This document shows positions 9,067-17,211 of a DNA stretch of 64,000 nt, piece after piece. The notes under the pieces were generated by a model. It saw nothing but the letters and a program-made list of their open reading frames with translations, had not been told where the DNA came from and did not search any database. This DNA is from Candidatus Micrarchaeota archaeon (GTDB lineage: Archaea; Micrarchaeota; Micrarchaeia; Anstonellales; Bilamarchaeaceae). Where the stretch lies: positions 13,878 through 77,877 of the forward strand of contig JBFMCO010000028.1 in assembly GCA_040754495.1 (NCBI GenBank), written 5' to 3'. Both the position numbers and the translations under genes were made by a program. The first letter of the stretch is position 1, and each line of letters opens with the position of its first letter.

Positions 9067-10638
9067 ATGAAGTTTGCCGGGCATATCGTGGACGTGTTCG
9101 AAGGGAAGGTGCACCCCGGGGAAATCGAATTCGGGAAGACGGTGCTGTCGGTCCGGAAGACCGGCTCCGCCCCGGGAAGATGCATTTTGCCCGGGCTCGT
9201 CGATGCGCACGTCCATACGGAAAGCTCCATGCTGGTGCCCTCCGAGTTCGCGAGGATTGCCATGGGGCACGGCACGGTGGGCGTGGTCGCGGACCCCCAC
9301 GAGATTGCGAACGTCCTCGGCCTGCGCGGGGTGGAGTTCATGATGCGCGACGCGGCACGCTCGCCGATGAAGTTCTTCTTCGGCGCATCATCGTGCGTCC
9401 CGGCAACAGGCTTCGAGACCGCCGGGGCGAAGCTCGGGCCGCGTGAAATCGGACGGCTGCTCCGCAGGAAGAATGTGACGCACCTTTCCGAGGTCATGAA
9501 CTACCCTGCCGTGATAGCCAGGGAAAAGGAGGTCATGGCCAAGATAGCGCTTGCGAAAAAATACGGGAAACGAATCGACGGCCACGCGCCGGGGCTGCGG
9601 GGCAGGATGCTTGATAAGTATCTCTCGGCCGGCATCGAGACCGACCATGAATGCTTCAGGGTGGAGGAGGCCCGCGAGAAGATGGAGAAGGGGATGCGGA
9701 TACTCGTGCGGGAGGGCTCGGCGGCCAAGAACCTGAAGGCCCTGCACCCGCTGCTCAAAAACAGGAACATGCTCTGCTCGGACGACACCCATCCGGACGA
9801 CCTGCTGGACGGCCACCTGGATGCAATCCTTCGCAAGTGCGTGGCTCTCGGCGTTGAGCCGATTGATGCGGTGAGGTGCTGCTCGCGCAACACGGCCGAG
9901 CACTACAGGCTGCCGGTCGGCCTGCTGCGCAGGGGGGACCCGGCTGATTTCGTTGTCGTGGACGACCTTAAGCGCTTCAATGTGCTCCAGACATGGATAG
10001 GGGGGAGGATGGTTTTCGGCGGGAGGCCGCCGGAGAGGAAGAAGCCGCTAGCGCCCATTAACAACTTCAAGGCCGCGCCCATAACGGCGGATGATATACG
10101 CCCTCCCTTTTCAGGCAGGTTCCCGGTCATCGGGGCGATAGACGGCGAGATTGTCACGGAGAAGCTCTTTCACGAAGGGAAGGCGCCGGATTTGCGGCAC
10201 GATATCCTGAAAATCGTGGTGATAAACAGGTACAGGACGGCCAAGCCCGCGGTCGGGTTCATAAAGGGCTTCGGCCTGCGCAGGGGGGCGATTGGCTCGA
10301 GCGTGATGCACGACTCGCACAATGTCGGGGTCGTCGGGGCGGACGACGAGTCCATATGCAGGGCGGCCAACCGGATAACCTCGATGAAGGGCGGGCTTGC
10401 GGTCTATGACGGAAAGATGGATTCGCTCGCCCTGCCTTATGCCGGGCTGATGAGCGGGGAGCGCGGGGAGGCAGTGGCGAAAAAATACGGCCTGCTGACG
10501 AAGAAGGCGAAAAGGATGGGATGCCGCCTGCACGCGCCGTTCATGACGCTATCTTTCATGGGCCTGCTCGTGATTCCGCACTTGAAGATATCCGACAAGG
10601 GCGTATTCGATGCTGACAGATTCAAGTTCGTCGGATAG
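9067..10638 (+). CDS. ade: Adenine deaminase
   Basis: PGLVDAHVHTESSM, ADPHEIANV, SEVMN, DGHAPG, TDHEC, REGSAAKNL, CSDD, HDSHN motifs. Confidence 0.95.
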   Translation: MKFAGHIVDVFEGKVHPGEIEFGKTVLSVRKTGSAPGRCILPGLVDAHVHTESSMLVPSEFARIAMGHGTVGVVADPHEIANVLGLRGVEFMMRDAARSPMKFFFGASSCVPATGFETAGAKLGPREIGRLLRRKNVTHLSEVMNYPAVIAREKEVMAKIALAKKYGKRIDGHAPGLRGRMLDKYLSAGIETDHECFRVEEAREKMEKGMRILVREGSAAKNLKALHPLLKNRNMLCSDDTHPDDLLDGHLDAILRKCVALGVEPIDAVRCCSRNTAEHYRLPVGLLRRGDPADFVVVDDLKRFNVLQTWIGGRMVFGGRPPERKKPLAPINNFKAAPITADDIRPPFSGRFPVIGAIDGEIVTEKLFHEGKAPDLRHDILKIVVINRYRTAKPAVGFIKGFGLRRGAIGSSVMHDSHNVGVVGADDESICRAANRITSMKGGLAVYDGKMDSLALPYAGLMSGERGEAVAKKYGLLTKKAKRMGCRLHAPFMTLSFMGLLVIPHLKISDKGVFDADRFKFVG

Positions 10639-10734
10639 GTTGGTATTTTATTTTGTTCTGAAAAGAAGCATCGTAGCCAAACCTCAGGAAGTTTGATAAA
10701 AGATTTACCCTGGGAGTTGTCTCGGAAATCTTTT

Positions 10735-11031
10735 GCAGGGGTTGCCGAGTGGTCAAAGGCGCCAGATTCAGGTGCGCTTCCCTATTGAAACGATGTTTCA
10801 ATGGGGCCCAAAGAACGGTTCGCCGTTCTTTGTGGTTTGGAAAAAAGCGCCCAAAAACGGGCTGTTGAAAAATCCTTCCGGATTTTTTTGCAAGTCAGTT
10901 TTGGGCCGCCTCGTCGAGAACGGCGTTCCGTTCTCGATGCGCAAGAACGCTTCGCGTTCTTGGCTGTTTCCTAAAAGGCGGAAACGTCTGGTCGGTTAGT
11001 CCGTTCGAGAGTTCAAATCTCTTCCCCTGCA
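10735..11031 (+). tRNA. tRNA-Leu(CAG) with ~213-nt intron at 37/38 (10773..10985)
   Basis: Acceptor GCAGGGG/CCCCTGC-A, GAGTGG D-loop, anticodon stem CCAGA/TCTGG, long variable arm, GTTCAAATC T-loop; relaxed BHB at the junctions. Confidence 0.85.
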
Positions 11032-11051
11032 TATACTCTTTCTTAAGTTGG

Positions 11052-11372
11052 TCAAAAGCACACGACCTTATCGCTCTTCTTTACCAGTGCGTACAGGTCT
11101 TTCAATGAGGAGATGGGGCATAAATTATCGCCTTCTTTGTTCCTCAGCTTAAGGCAGGTACCGCACGCGAGAATGATACCGCCTGCCGACGCAAATTTTT
11201 CTGCCTCGTCCTTTGCAGGGAATTTCTCAGTGCTTATCTCCTCATAGTCGACGGCTTTGCCCACAAGGAAAACCCTTACTTCGTCGCCTTCTTTTTTCGA
11301 GAAGTTCGCAAGCCTGAAGGCATTCCAGGCAGCCTCTATATCGCTGGTCGAAATCACGATTCCAAGTTCCAT
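11052..11372 (-). CDS. DsrE/DsrF-like family protein
   Basis: AWNAFRLANF, VRVFLVGKAV, LACGTCLKLR motifs. Confidence 0.85.
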   Translation of the reverse strand: MELGIVISTSDIEAAWNAFRLANFSKKEGDEVRVFLVGKAVDYEEISTEKFPAKDEAEKFASAGGIILACGTCLKLRNKEGDNLCPISSLKDLYALVKKSDKVVCF

Positions 11373-11385
11373 GTCAATCACCTGG

Positions 11386-12006
11386 TCATTCCAGGTCCTT
11401 CTTCATCTCTTCATATTGTTTTTTTGCTATCTCTCCCCGCGCATATCTCTGCTTAAGGATCTCTGAAGCCGTAAGCGCCCTGCTAGTCCCGGTAACGCTC
11501 CGGTAAAGCCAGAATATGGCCAGAATAAGCGCGACAAACACCAATACCCAAAACACAAGGCCGACTATCCAGCCCCAGCCGCCATACCCCATCATGTCGT
11601 AACCCATCATTCCGCCGTAAGGGTAATTCATCATGCCGCCTCCAAATCCTGATCCATAGCCACCGAACCTGCCCATCATGGGCATCATGCCCATCATGCC
11701 GCCGTATGTGACGCTCGTATTCGTTTGCCCGCAGTAGAGCACAAGCGCCATCTGTACATGCGCCTGCTCAAGGCTTGCAGAGCCTTCGCCGCCCATCATC
11801 TGGTCCATAGCCTCATGGGCTTGCCCCGGATGCATCTGCTCCATAAAATATTCGCCGATTAGTTCAAGCTGCTCCTGGCTGAGCTTGTCGCAGCTGATAT
11901 TGGAATCGATAAGCTGTTTCGAAGCGGTGGCGTCCTCAGTGCTCATTGTCGCGAATAAAGGAACCGCAAGCGCCATGACCAGCATCATCATTAGAAACTG
12001 CTTCAT
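11386..12006 (-). CDS. Membrane protein with Gly/Met-rich region and C-terminal SHOCT domain
   Basis: Signal peptide; His/Met-rich segment; GGMM repeats; TM helix; EILKQRYARGEIAKKQYEEMKKDL. Confidence 0.85.
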   Translation of the reverse strand: MKQFLMMMLVMALAVPLFATMSTEDATASKQLIDSNISCDKLSQEQLELIGEYFMEQMHPGQAHEAMDQMMGGEGSASLEQAHVQMALVLYCGQTNTSVTYGGMMGMMPMMGRFGGYGSGFGGGMMNYPYGGMMGYDMMGYGGWGWIVGLVFWVLVFVALILAIFWLYRSVTGTSRALTASEILKQRYARGEIAKKQYEEMKKDLE

Positions 12007-12338
12007 TCTATCACCTCGGATGCGCCGGCTAAATCCCTCATCTGCTTCAATCTCTCGCTTAAAATTTCGCGGATGATATCAAACGCCTTTATGATTTTAG
12101 GGTTAGCGAGGCGATAGTAGATATTCACTCCCTTCCTTTTAGGCACAAGAATGCCCCTGCTTTTCATTATGGTCAGGTGCTGGGAGACATTCGACTGGCT
12201 CAGATTCGTTTTCCTTGTCAGTTCGGAAACTGTCAGCTCGCCGTTGCGCAGAAGGTTTAATACCTCAAGTCTTGTAGGGCTGGAAAAGACCTTGCACATG
12301 TCGGCATGCAACCGATAAATCTCTTTATCCATAGACAT
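12003..12338 (-). CDS. ArsR/SmtB family transcriptional regulator
   Basis: KVFSSPTRLEVL, SQSNVSQHLTIMK, RKGVNIYYRL; 4-bp overlap with the downstream gene. Confidence 0.9.
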   Translation of the reverse strand: MSMDKEIYRLHADMCKVFSSPTRLEVLNLLRNGELTVSELTRKTNLSQSNVSQHLTIMKSRGILVPKRKGVNIYYRLANPKIIKAFDIIREILSERLKQMRDLAGASEVIE

Positions 12339-12364
12339 TAGGATATTCTAATAAGTTTAATAAC
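12337..12364 (-). promoter_or_regulatory. Candidate ArsR operator (ATTAG-N6-CTAAT) over the start codon, with upstream TATA-like TTATTAAA
   Basis: Inverted repeat at 12337-12352; AT-rich box ~25 nt upstream of ATG 12332. Autoregulation is inferred from family behaviour. Confidence 0.4.
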
Positions 12365-12574
12365 CATTCATGTCGCTCGAATCCAGCACTGCTGCCGGAC
12401 TTGGGGGAAGAAACCGAAAAAAGGCTTAAATCCTCTGCCCCTCGTCTGTCCTGCAGCGCTTTGGCTTAAACCCAGGCTCACAGAACGGCTCCGGGATACC
12501 CCGTATCCTTTTCTATGCCTAAGGCTAGGGGTATTGAATTCCAGAAGCGTCATTCTATGCTTTCGCGAACGCCT

Positions 12575-12769
12575 TCAGAGTTTTTTCACGTTCTTGGCGC
12601 GCGGCCCGCGCTCGCTTTGCTCGACTTCGTATTCCACGGCATCGCCGGCTGCGAGCACTGCGCCGCCTTCAATTGCCGAGGTGTGCACATACACGTCCTT
12701 GCCGTCGTCGCCCGTGATAAATCCGAAGCTCCGTGCGGCGTTGAACATCTTTACTTTTCCTTTCATCAT
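12575..12769 (-). CDS. csp: Cold-shock protein (CspA family)
   Basis: KGKVKMFNAARSFGFI (RNP1) and DVYVHTSAI (RNP2). Confidence 0.95.
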   Translation of the reverse strand: MMKGKVKMFNAARSFGFITGDDGKDVYVHTSAIEGGAVLAAGDAVEYEVEQSERGPRAKNVKKL

Positions 12770-12937
12770 ATCACCTTCGTTTCATCTTACCTGCAAGGAA
12801 TGTAGATGCAGAGGGTATAAAACATCTAGCGATGCCATCACCATTTTATTTTTAGCCCGCGAAATCAGGAACGGATGAACCAAAGCCCCTATGAACGGAC
12901 TACAAACCCAAGCTGGTGAGGGGCGGCGGGGACTGGT

Positions 12938-12974
12938 TTCCGCCTTTTAGTAAAAGGCGGCCCAAAACGGGCCG
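12938..12974. repeat. Double-hairpin element (CCGCCTTTTAGTAAAAGGCGG + CCCAAAACGGG) just past the glmU stop; related to modules in two tRNA introns
   Basis: Perfect inverted repeat; shares AAAA(A/G)GCG(G)CCCAAAA(A)CGGGC with 10841-10862 and 19686-19708. Confidence 0.65.
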
Positions 12975-14207
12975 TTAAACGTCCTCCTCGAACTTGCCGA
13001 ACTCAATTGGCTGCCTTGTATAGACGCGCGAGCCTGAGGGCACGTTCTTGTTCACCACGACTCCTGAATGAATCCAGCAGTTCGAGCCGATCAGCTTGCC
13101 CGGCATCGTGCAGGAGAGCACGCCGAATTTCGTGTTGTCGCCGACGAAAACGCCAAGCTTCTTCTTGCCTGAATTCGCCCATCCCCTCTCCGTGAGGACG
13201 TTCACGTTGTCGCCGTCGAAGCGGAAATTCGCGATTTGCGTGCCTGAGCCGAAATTGACATTCTCGCCTATCACGCTGTCGCCAATATAGGTGAGATGCT
13301 TGGCATTGACGGAATCAAGAAGGATGCTGCTTTTCACCGTGCTGCCCGGGCCGATTGAGCAGTTCTTCCCGATGCTGTTGAATCCCCGCAGGCATGCGTT
13401 CGGGCCTATGACCGTGTTTTCCCCTAGGTATGCGCACCCTTCCACGTAGCTGTTGATGATTCTCGCGCCCTTCTCCATGATTACCTTCCCTTCAATCGTG
13501 GAATTCTCGATGTGCCCGCTTTTCGCTTCCATCCCGGACAGCAGGTGCTCGTTCGCCTCGAGCAGGTCCCACGGGTACGCGATGTCCCGCCAGTAGCCTT
13601 CAACGGGCACGCCTTTCGCGCCGACAAAAAGGCTCACCAGCTCGTACTCGCCGCGCTCGGATTTCCCGAGGGATTTGAGCTCGCTGAACACGGTAGGCTC
13701 CATGCAGTATACCGAGAGGTTCGCGAGGTCGCTCTTCGGGTGCGCGGACTTCTCCTCGAAAAGGCTTATCCGCCCGCCCGAGAGCTCTGCCACGCCGTAG
13801 TTGTGCGGGTTCGCGACCTTCTTGAGGCCGACCGTGATTCCGCCCTCGTGCGCCTCCATGACCGCATTCATCACCGAAGCTTCGGTCACGATGTCGCCGG
13901 CAAGGGCAAGGAAGGTGTCGTCCAGCAGCTCCTGCGCGCACAGCAGCGCCGCGCCGGTGCCGTTGTCTGAGCCCTGCTCGACGAATTCGAGTTTCAGCCC
14001 GAGCCCGGCACTGGAAAGGTATTCGATGAGCTTCTCCTTCATGTGACGGACGACCACGACCGCCTCCTTCACCCCGGCCTTCTTCGCCTCGAGGAGAAGG
14101 TGGTGGATGATTGGCCTGCCGCCGGCGTAGAGCATGGGCTTGGGCCTCGTCTCGGTCAGGGGTCGCAGGCGCATGCCGTCCCCGGCTGCAAGAATCACGG
14201 CTTTCAT
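12975..14207 (-). CDS. glmU: Archaeal bifunctional sugar-1-phosphate nucleotidylyltransferase/acetyltransferase (GlmU-like)
   Basis: ILAAGDGMRLRPLTETRPKPM, hexapeptide repeats, GDNTKFG. Confidence 0.9.
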   Translation of the reverse strand: MKAVILAAGDGMRLRPLTETRPKPMLYAGGRPIIHHLLLEAKKAGVKEAVVVVRHMKEKLIEYLSSAGLGLKLEFVEQGSDNGTGAALLCAQELLDDTFLALAGDIVTEASVMNAVMEAHEGGITVGLKKVANPHNYGVAELSGGRISLFEEKSAHPKSDLANLSVYCMEPTVFSELKSLGKSERGEYELVSLFVGAKGVPVEGYWRDIAYPWDLLEANEHLLSGMEAKSGHIENSTIEGKVIMEKGARIINSYVEGCAYLGENTVIGPNACLRGFNSIGKNCSIGPGSTVKSSILLDSVNAKHLTYIGDSVIGENVNFGSGTQIANFRFDGDNVNVLTERGWANSGKKKLGVFVGDNTKFGVLSCTMPGKLIGSNCWIHSGVVVNKNVPSGSRVYTRQPIEFGKFEEDV

Positions 14208-14301
14208 GTTTCTCCCGATGGTAAAATCCGCGACTGTGTTTAAGTTATTTGTGATATATCAACATAATCATTTATAAACTGTAACAAACAAATCAGCACC
14301 T

Positions 14302-15147
14302 ATGCCGGGGAGGAAGAGGCTTGCTTACGGGGATGGGGAGGGGGTGGAGGCGCGGAGGCCGAAGCTCATCAGGACGCTTGTTTTCGGCTCAGCTTTTTTT
14401 GCGGCCATGACCGCGTGCACTCCATGCACCAATGCCGTGCCAATAAGGGAACCCGCGGTGGAGAGGCCGCGCAGGGCGCCGCCTGCCACGGAAAGCGCAG
14501 GGCATGCCGAGAGCCCAGGGGCGCCTTCATGCAGGTTCAGCGGGAGAACGCTTGAGTATTCCACCAATGATACCGTCATGAGGCTGGTCAATCTGCTCGA
14601 TAGCGGCGAGAGCGTGAGGGAGGTAATTTGCCGCAGGGACCGCGCTTTCGTGCTCACAGACACAAGCCGCATAATCGTGCGGCCGGGCTCCGGCAACCAG
14701 TTGCCTGATGGGGACGGGACAGCCATAAGCCATTTAGCGTCTTACACGCGGACGGATATGGCCGGGCTGAATTCGAGGGGCATCGTGGACTGGGAGGCAA
14801 CGGATTCTGCCTGCTATTTCCTCACCAGGGACAGGAGGCTGACGGTGCTCGCGAACGACGAGCTCGGGGATACGGTTCCCGAATACGAGCTTCCCTTCGA
14901 CACGGCGGGCCTCGGCCGCAACAGGATGGCCTTCCACTCGGGGTTCATTTTCATAGCGCCGCTTTCCGGGAGCGCGGTAGTGATGTCTTTCGGGGAGAAC
15001 GCGGGGGCCTCTTACCTGCCGCTCGAATCAGCCGACAGGAGGGCGGGGTTCATAGTGAGGGGGGACAGGCTGTTCTTCGGAAAAAACGGAAAGGAAAAAG
15101 AGATAATAATAGGCGGGCCTGATGCGCACGACGTCAGCGTCAGATGA
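14302..15147 (+). CDS. Hypothetical lipoprotein with beta-propeller-like repeats
   Basis: Basic N-region, hydrophobic stretch ending AAMTAC; repeated short beta units (RAFVLTD, ACYFLTRD, RLFFG). Confidence 0.7.
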   Translation: MPGRKRLAYGDGEGVEARRPKLIRTLVFGSAFFAAMTACTPCTNAVPIREPAVERPRRAPPATESAGHAESPGAPSCRFSGRTLEYSTNDTVMRLVNLLDSGESVREVICRRDRAFVLTDTSRIIVRPGSGNQLPDGDGTAISHLASYTRTDMAGLNSRGIVDWEATDSACYFLTRDRRLTVLANDELGDTVPEYELPFDTAGLGRNRMAFHSGFIFIAPLSGSAVVMSFGENAGASYLPLESADRRAGFIVRGDRLFFGKNGKEKEIIIGGPDAHDVSVR

Positions 15148-15858
15148 CTAGCCGCGCTCGCGCTCCGCCCTGCTTCTCCACCGGACATCTATTCGGCTGA
15201 TGACATCAAGGTCCGGGGTTTCGCCCCTGGCGTGCGCGCTGGCGAACTCCCTCTGGATGGCCACGTACGCAGGCCTCGCGGCGGCCATGAACTGGTCCCG
15301 GGTAAGCATGACTTCCCTGCCCTGGGCGTCGGTCGTGGTTATCCGGAAGTCGCTCGGCGCCGCGCTTTCGAGGTAGGTTATGAGCCTGCCGCCCTTCGTC
15401 TGGTCCGCGCGCGTCATGGTACCGCTCCACCTCAGGTCCCGGTTCGCGTCTATGGTATATGTCCGGCCGTCCACCGTGACCTCGTAGGAATGCCTGTGCG
15501 TCATGACCGGCGCGGGAGGCGTCCTGAGGGTGATTTCCGGCGAGATGTTCCGGATGCCGAGGTTCCTGTTGAGAAGCCTGCGGGCCTCGTCGAACCTCTT
15601 GTTGAGGCGGTGGTTGAGGATTTCGTTAAGCCTCGTAGCCACATTCATGAAGTCGCCTTGGGCCATGTAGGGCGGAACTACGACCCCCTCCCTTCCCCTT
15701 GCCACCTGGTCGGCGCGGGTGTAAATCTCACGCGCCTGCAGCGGGGAATATCCGAGCGCCTGCAACTGGGATATAACGGTCCTCTGGACCTCCTGCTGGG
15801 TAAGCCCCGTTGTCTCTTCCGCTCCTCCTCTCCTCCTCTGGGCTGGTGCTCCTGTCAT
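15148..15858 (-). CDS. ORFan, MTG-tag tandem family member 3 (divergent)
   Basis: Starts MTGAPAQRRR; GAGGTG SD; C-domain YEVTVDGRTY is homologous to the two upstream copies. Confidence 0.8.
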   Translation of the reverse strand: MTGAPAQRRRGGAEETTGLTQQEVQRTVISQLQALGYSPLQAREIYTRADQVARGREGVVVPPYMAQGDFMNVATRLNEILNHRLNKRFDEARRLLNRNLGIRNISPEITLRTPPAPVMTHRHSYEVTVDGRTYTIDANRDLRWSGTMTRADQTKGGRLITYLESAAPSDFRITTTDAQGREVMLTRDQFMAAARPAYVAIQREFASAHARGETPDLDVISRIDVRWRSRAERERG

Positions 15859-15867
15859 AATAACACC

Positions 15868-16527
15868 TCACGGGTTCCTCGTCCGCCTGCCCTGCTGGGG
15901 CGCCATGGCGATGCGTATGTCCGGCCGCTCCACGTACTGGCCGTTCGTGTAGGTCCTTCCGACATAATCGTCGCGGAAGATGTCGAGCCTCTGGTTCGGC
16001 GCGCCTGAGTTGAATGCGGCCGATTCGGCATCCCTTCCGACGCGCGTAACCTGCGCATACACGACCTGCCCTCCGCTTTCCACGAGCTTGTTGTTGAGGA
16101 GGAGGTCGTGGAGGATGGCCCTTGCGGCAACTTCATCCACCCTGCCGTTCGGCCTTGTCGGGAGGGGGTCCGGAAGGGCGACCTGGTAGGTCCTGTTGCC
16201 GAGCGTGACTTCATACACAGTAGCTTGGGTCATGCGTGGAGCCGGCCTTGGCTGCTGCGTCGGGGCCGGAGGCTGCGCCCTCTGCGGCACGGGCGAGAGC
16301 TGGGTGGGCTGCTGGCCGAGCTGCCGGGCAACCTCCTTCAGGCGCTCGGCTGCCTCCGCAAGGCGCTCGCTCTGCTCCATGAGCCTGCGCGCCTGGCTTG
16401 GCGGGATGGGCGAGCGAATCGGCGACAGGGCGTTTGCGATGTCCATCAGGGCGTCCCTTACCACCCTCAGCGTTCTATCCTGCTCCGTTTCCCGTTCTGG
16501 CCTTCTTTGTGCTGGTCCCGTCATCAA
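15868..16527 (-). CDS. ORFan, MTG-tag tandem family member 2
   Basis: Starts (M)MTGPAQRRPE; AGGTGAT SD; C-terminal domain nearly identical to member 1. Confidence 0.85.
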   Translation of the reverse strand: MMTGPAQRRPERETEQDRTLRVVRDALMDIANALSPIRSPIPPSQARRLMEQSERLAEAAERLKEVARQLGQQPTQLSPVPQRAQPPAPTQQPRPAPRMTQATVYEVTLGNRTYQVALPDPLPTRPNGRVDEVAARAILHDLLLNNKLVESGGQVVYAQVTRVGRDAESAAFNSGAPNQRLDIFRDDYVGRTYTNGQYVERPDIRIAMAPQQGRRTRNP

Positions 16528-16729
16528 ATCACCTTAAGGATTCCTCGTCCGCCTGCCCTGCTGGGGCGCCATGGCGATGCGTATGTCCGGCCGCTCCACG
16601 TACTGGCCGTTCGTGTAGGTCCTTCCGACATAATCGTCGCGGAAGATGTCGAGCCTCTGGTTCGGCGCGCCTGAGTTGAATGCGGCCGATTCGGCATCCC
16701 TTCCGACGCGCGTAACCTGCGCATACACG
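15875..16729. repeat. Direct repeat: 15875..16063 identical to 16541..16729 (189 bp, offset 666), with looser similarity for ~140 bp beyond
   Basis: Direct comparison of the two segments; first mismatch at 16064/16730. Confidence 0.9.
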
Positions 16730-17148
16730 GCCTGCCCTCCGCTCTCGACAAGCCTGTTGTTGAGGAGGAGGTCGTGGAGGATGGCCCTTGCGGCCACTTC
16801 ATCGACCTGGCCGCTGCGGGTGGTCGGGAGGGCCTGGGGAAGGGCGACCTGGTAGGTCCTGTTCCCGAGGTTGACCTGATAGACGAATGCCTGCGTCATC
16901 TGTGGTGCCGGCCTCGGCTGCTGGACCGGACCGGCCTGCTGGGGCGTCTTCTGCGGCACGGGCGAGGGGCGGCTCAGAAGGTTCTCGATTGTGTTGAGAA
17001 GCTCCCGCAGCGCGTCCCTTAAGCGCTCCAGTACCGGCCTCGGAGGCGGCCTGATTTGCACTTCCTGCCTAAATCTCTCGAGCGCCTCCGGATTGATCGT
17101 TATTACATGCTGCTCCGCTTCAGGTCTTCTTTGTGCGGGTCCAGTCAT
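16534..17148 (-). CDS. ORFan, MTG-tag tandem family member 1
   Basis: Starts MTGPAQRRPE at ATG 17148; GTGAT SD. Confidence 0.85.
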   Translation of the reverse strand: MTGPAQRRPEAEQHVITINPEALERFRQEVQIRPPPRPVLERLRDALRELLNTIENLLSRPSPVPQKTPQQAGPVQQPRPAPQMTQAFVYQVNLGNRTYQVALPQALPTTRSGQVDEVAARAILHDLLLNNRLVESGGQAVYAQVTRVGRDAESAAFNSGAPNQRLDIFRDDYVGRTYTNGQYVERPDIRIAMAPQQGRRTRNP

Positions 17149-17211
17149 AATATCACACAAAATGTATATTCGAAGAGAAGATTTTTTAACAGGCTTAGTA
17201 TCAGATATGAT

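Noticed and set aside
12370-12570. Possible SRP or RNase P RNA between csp and arsR (also 12850-12935)
   Set aside because: No GAGGAAAGUCC or SRP helix-8 motif found on either strand; some pairing potential only
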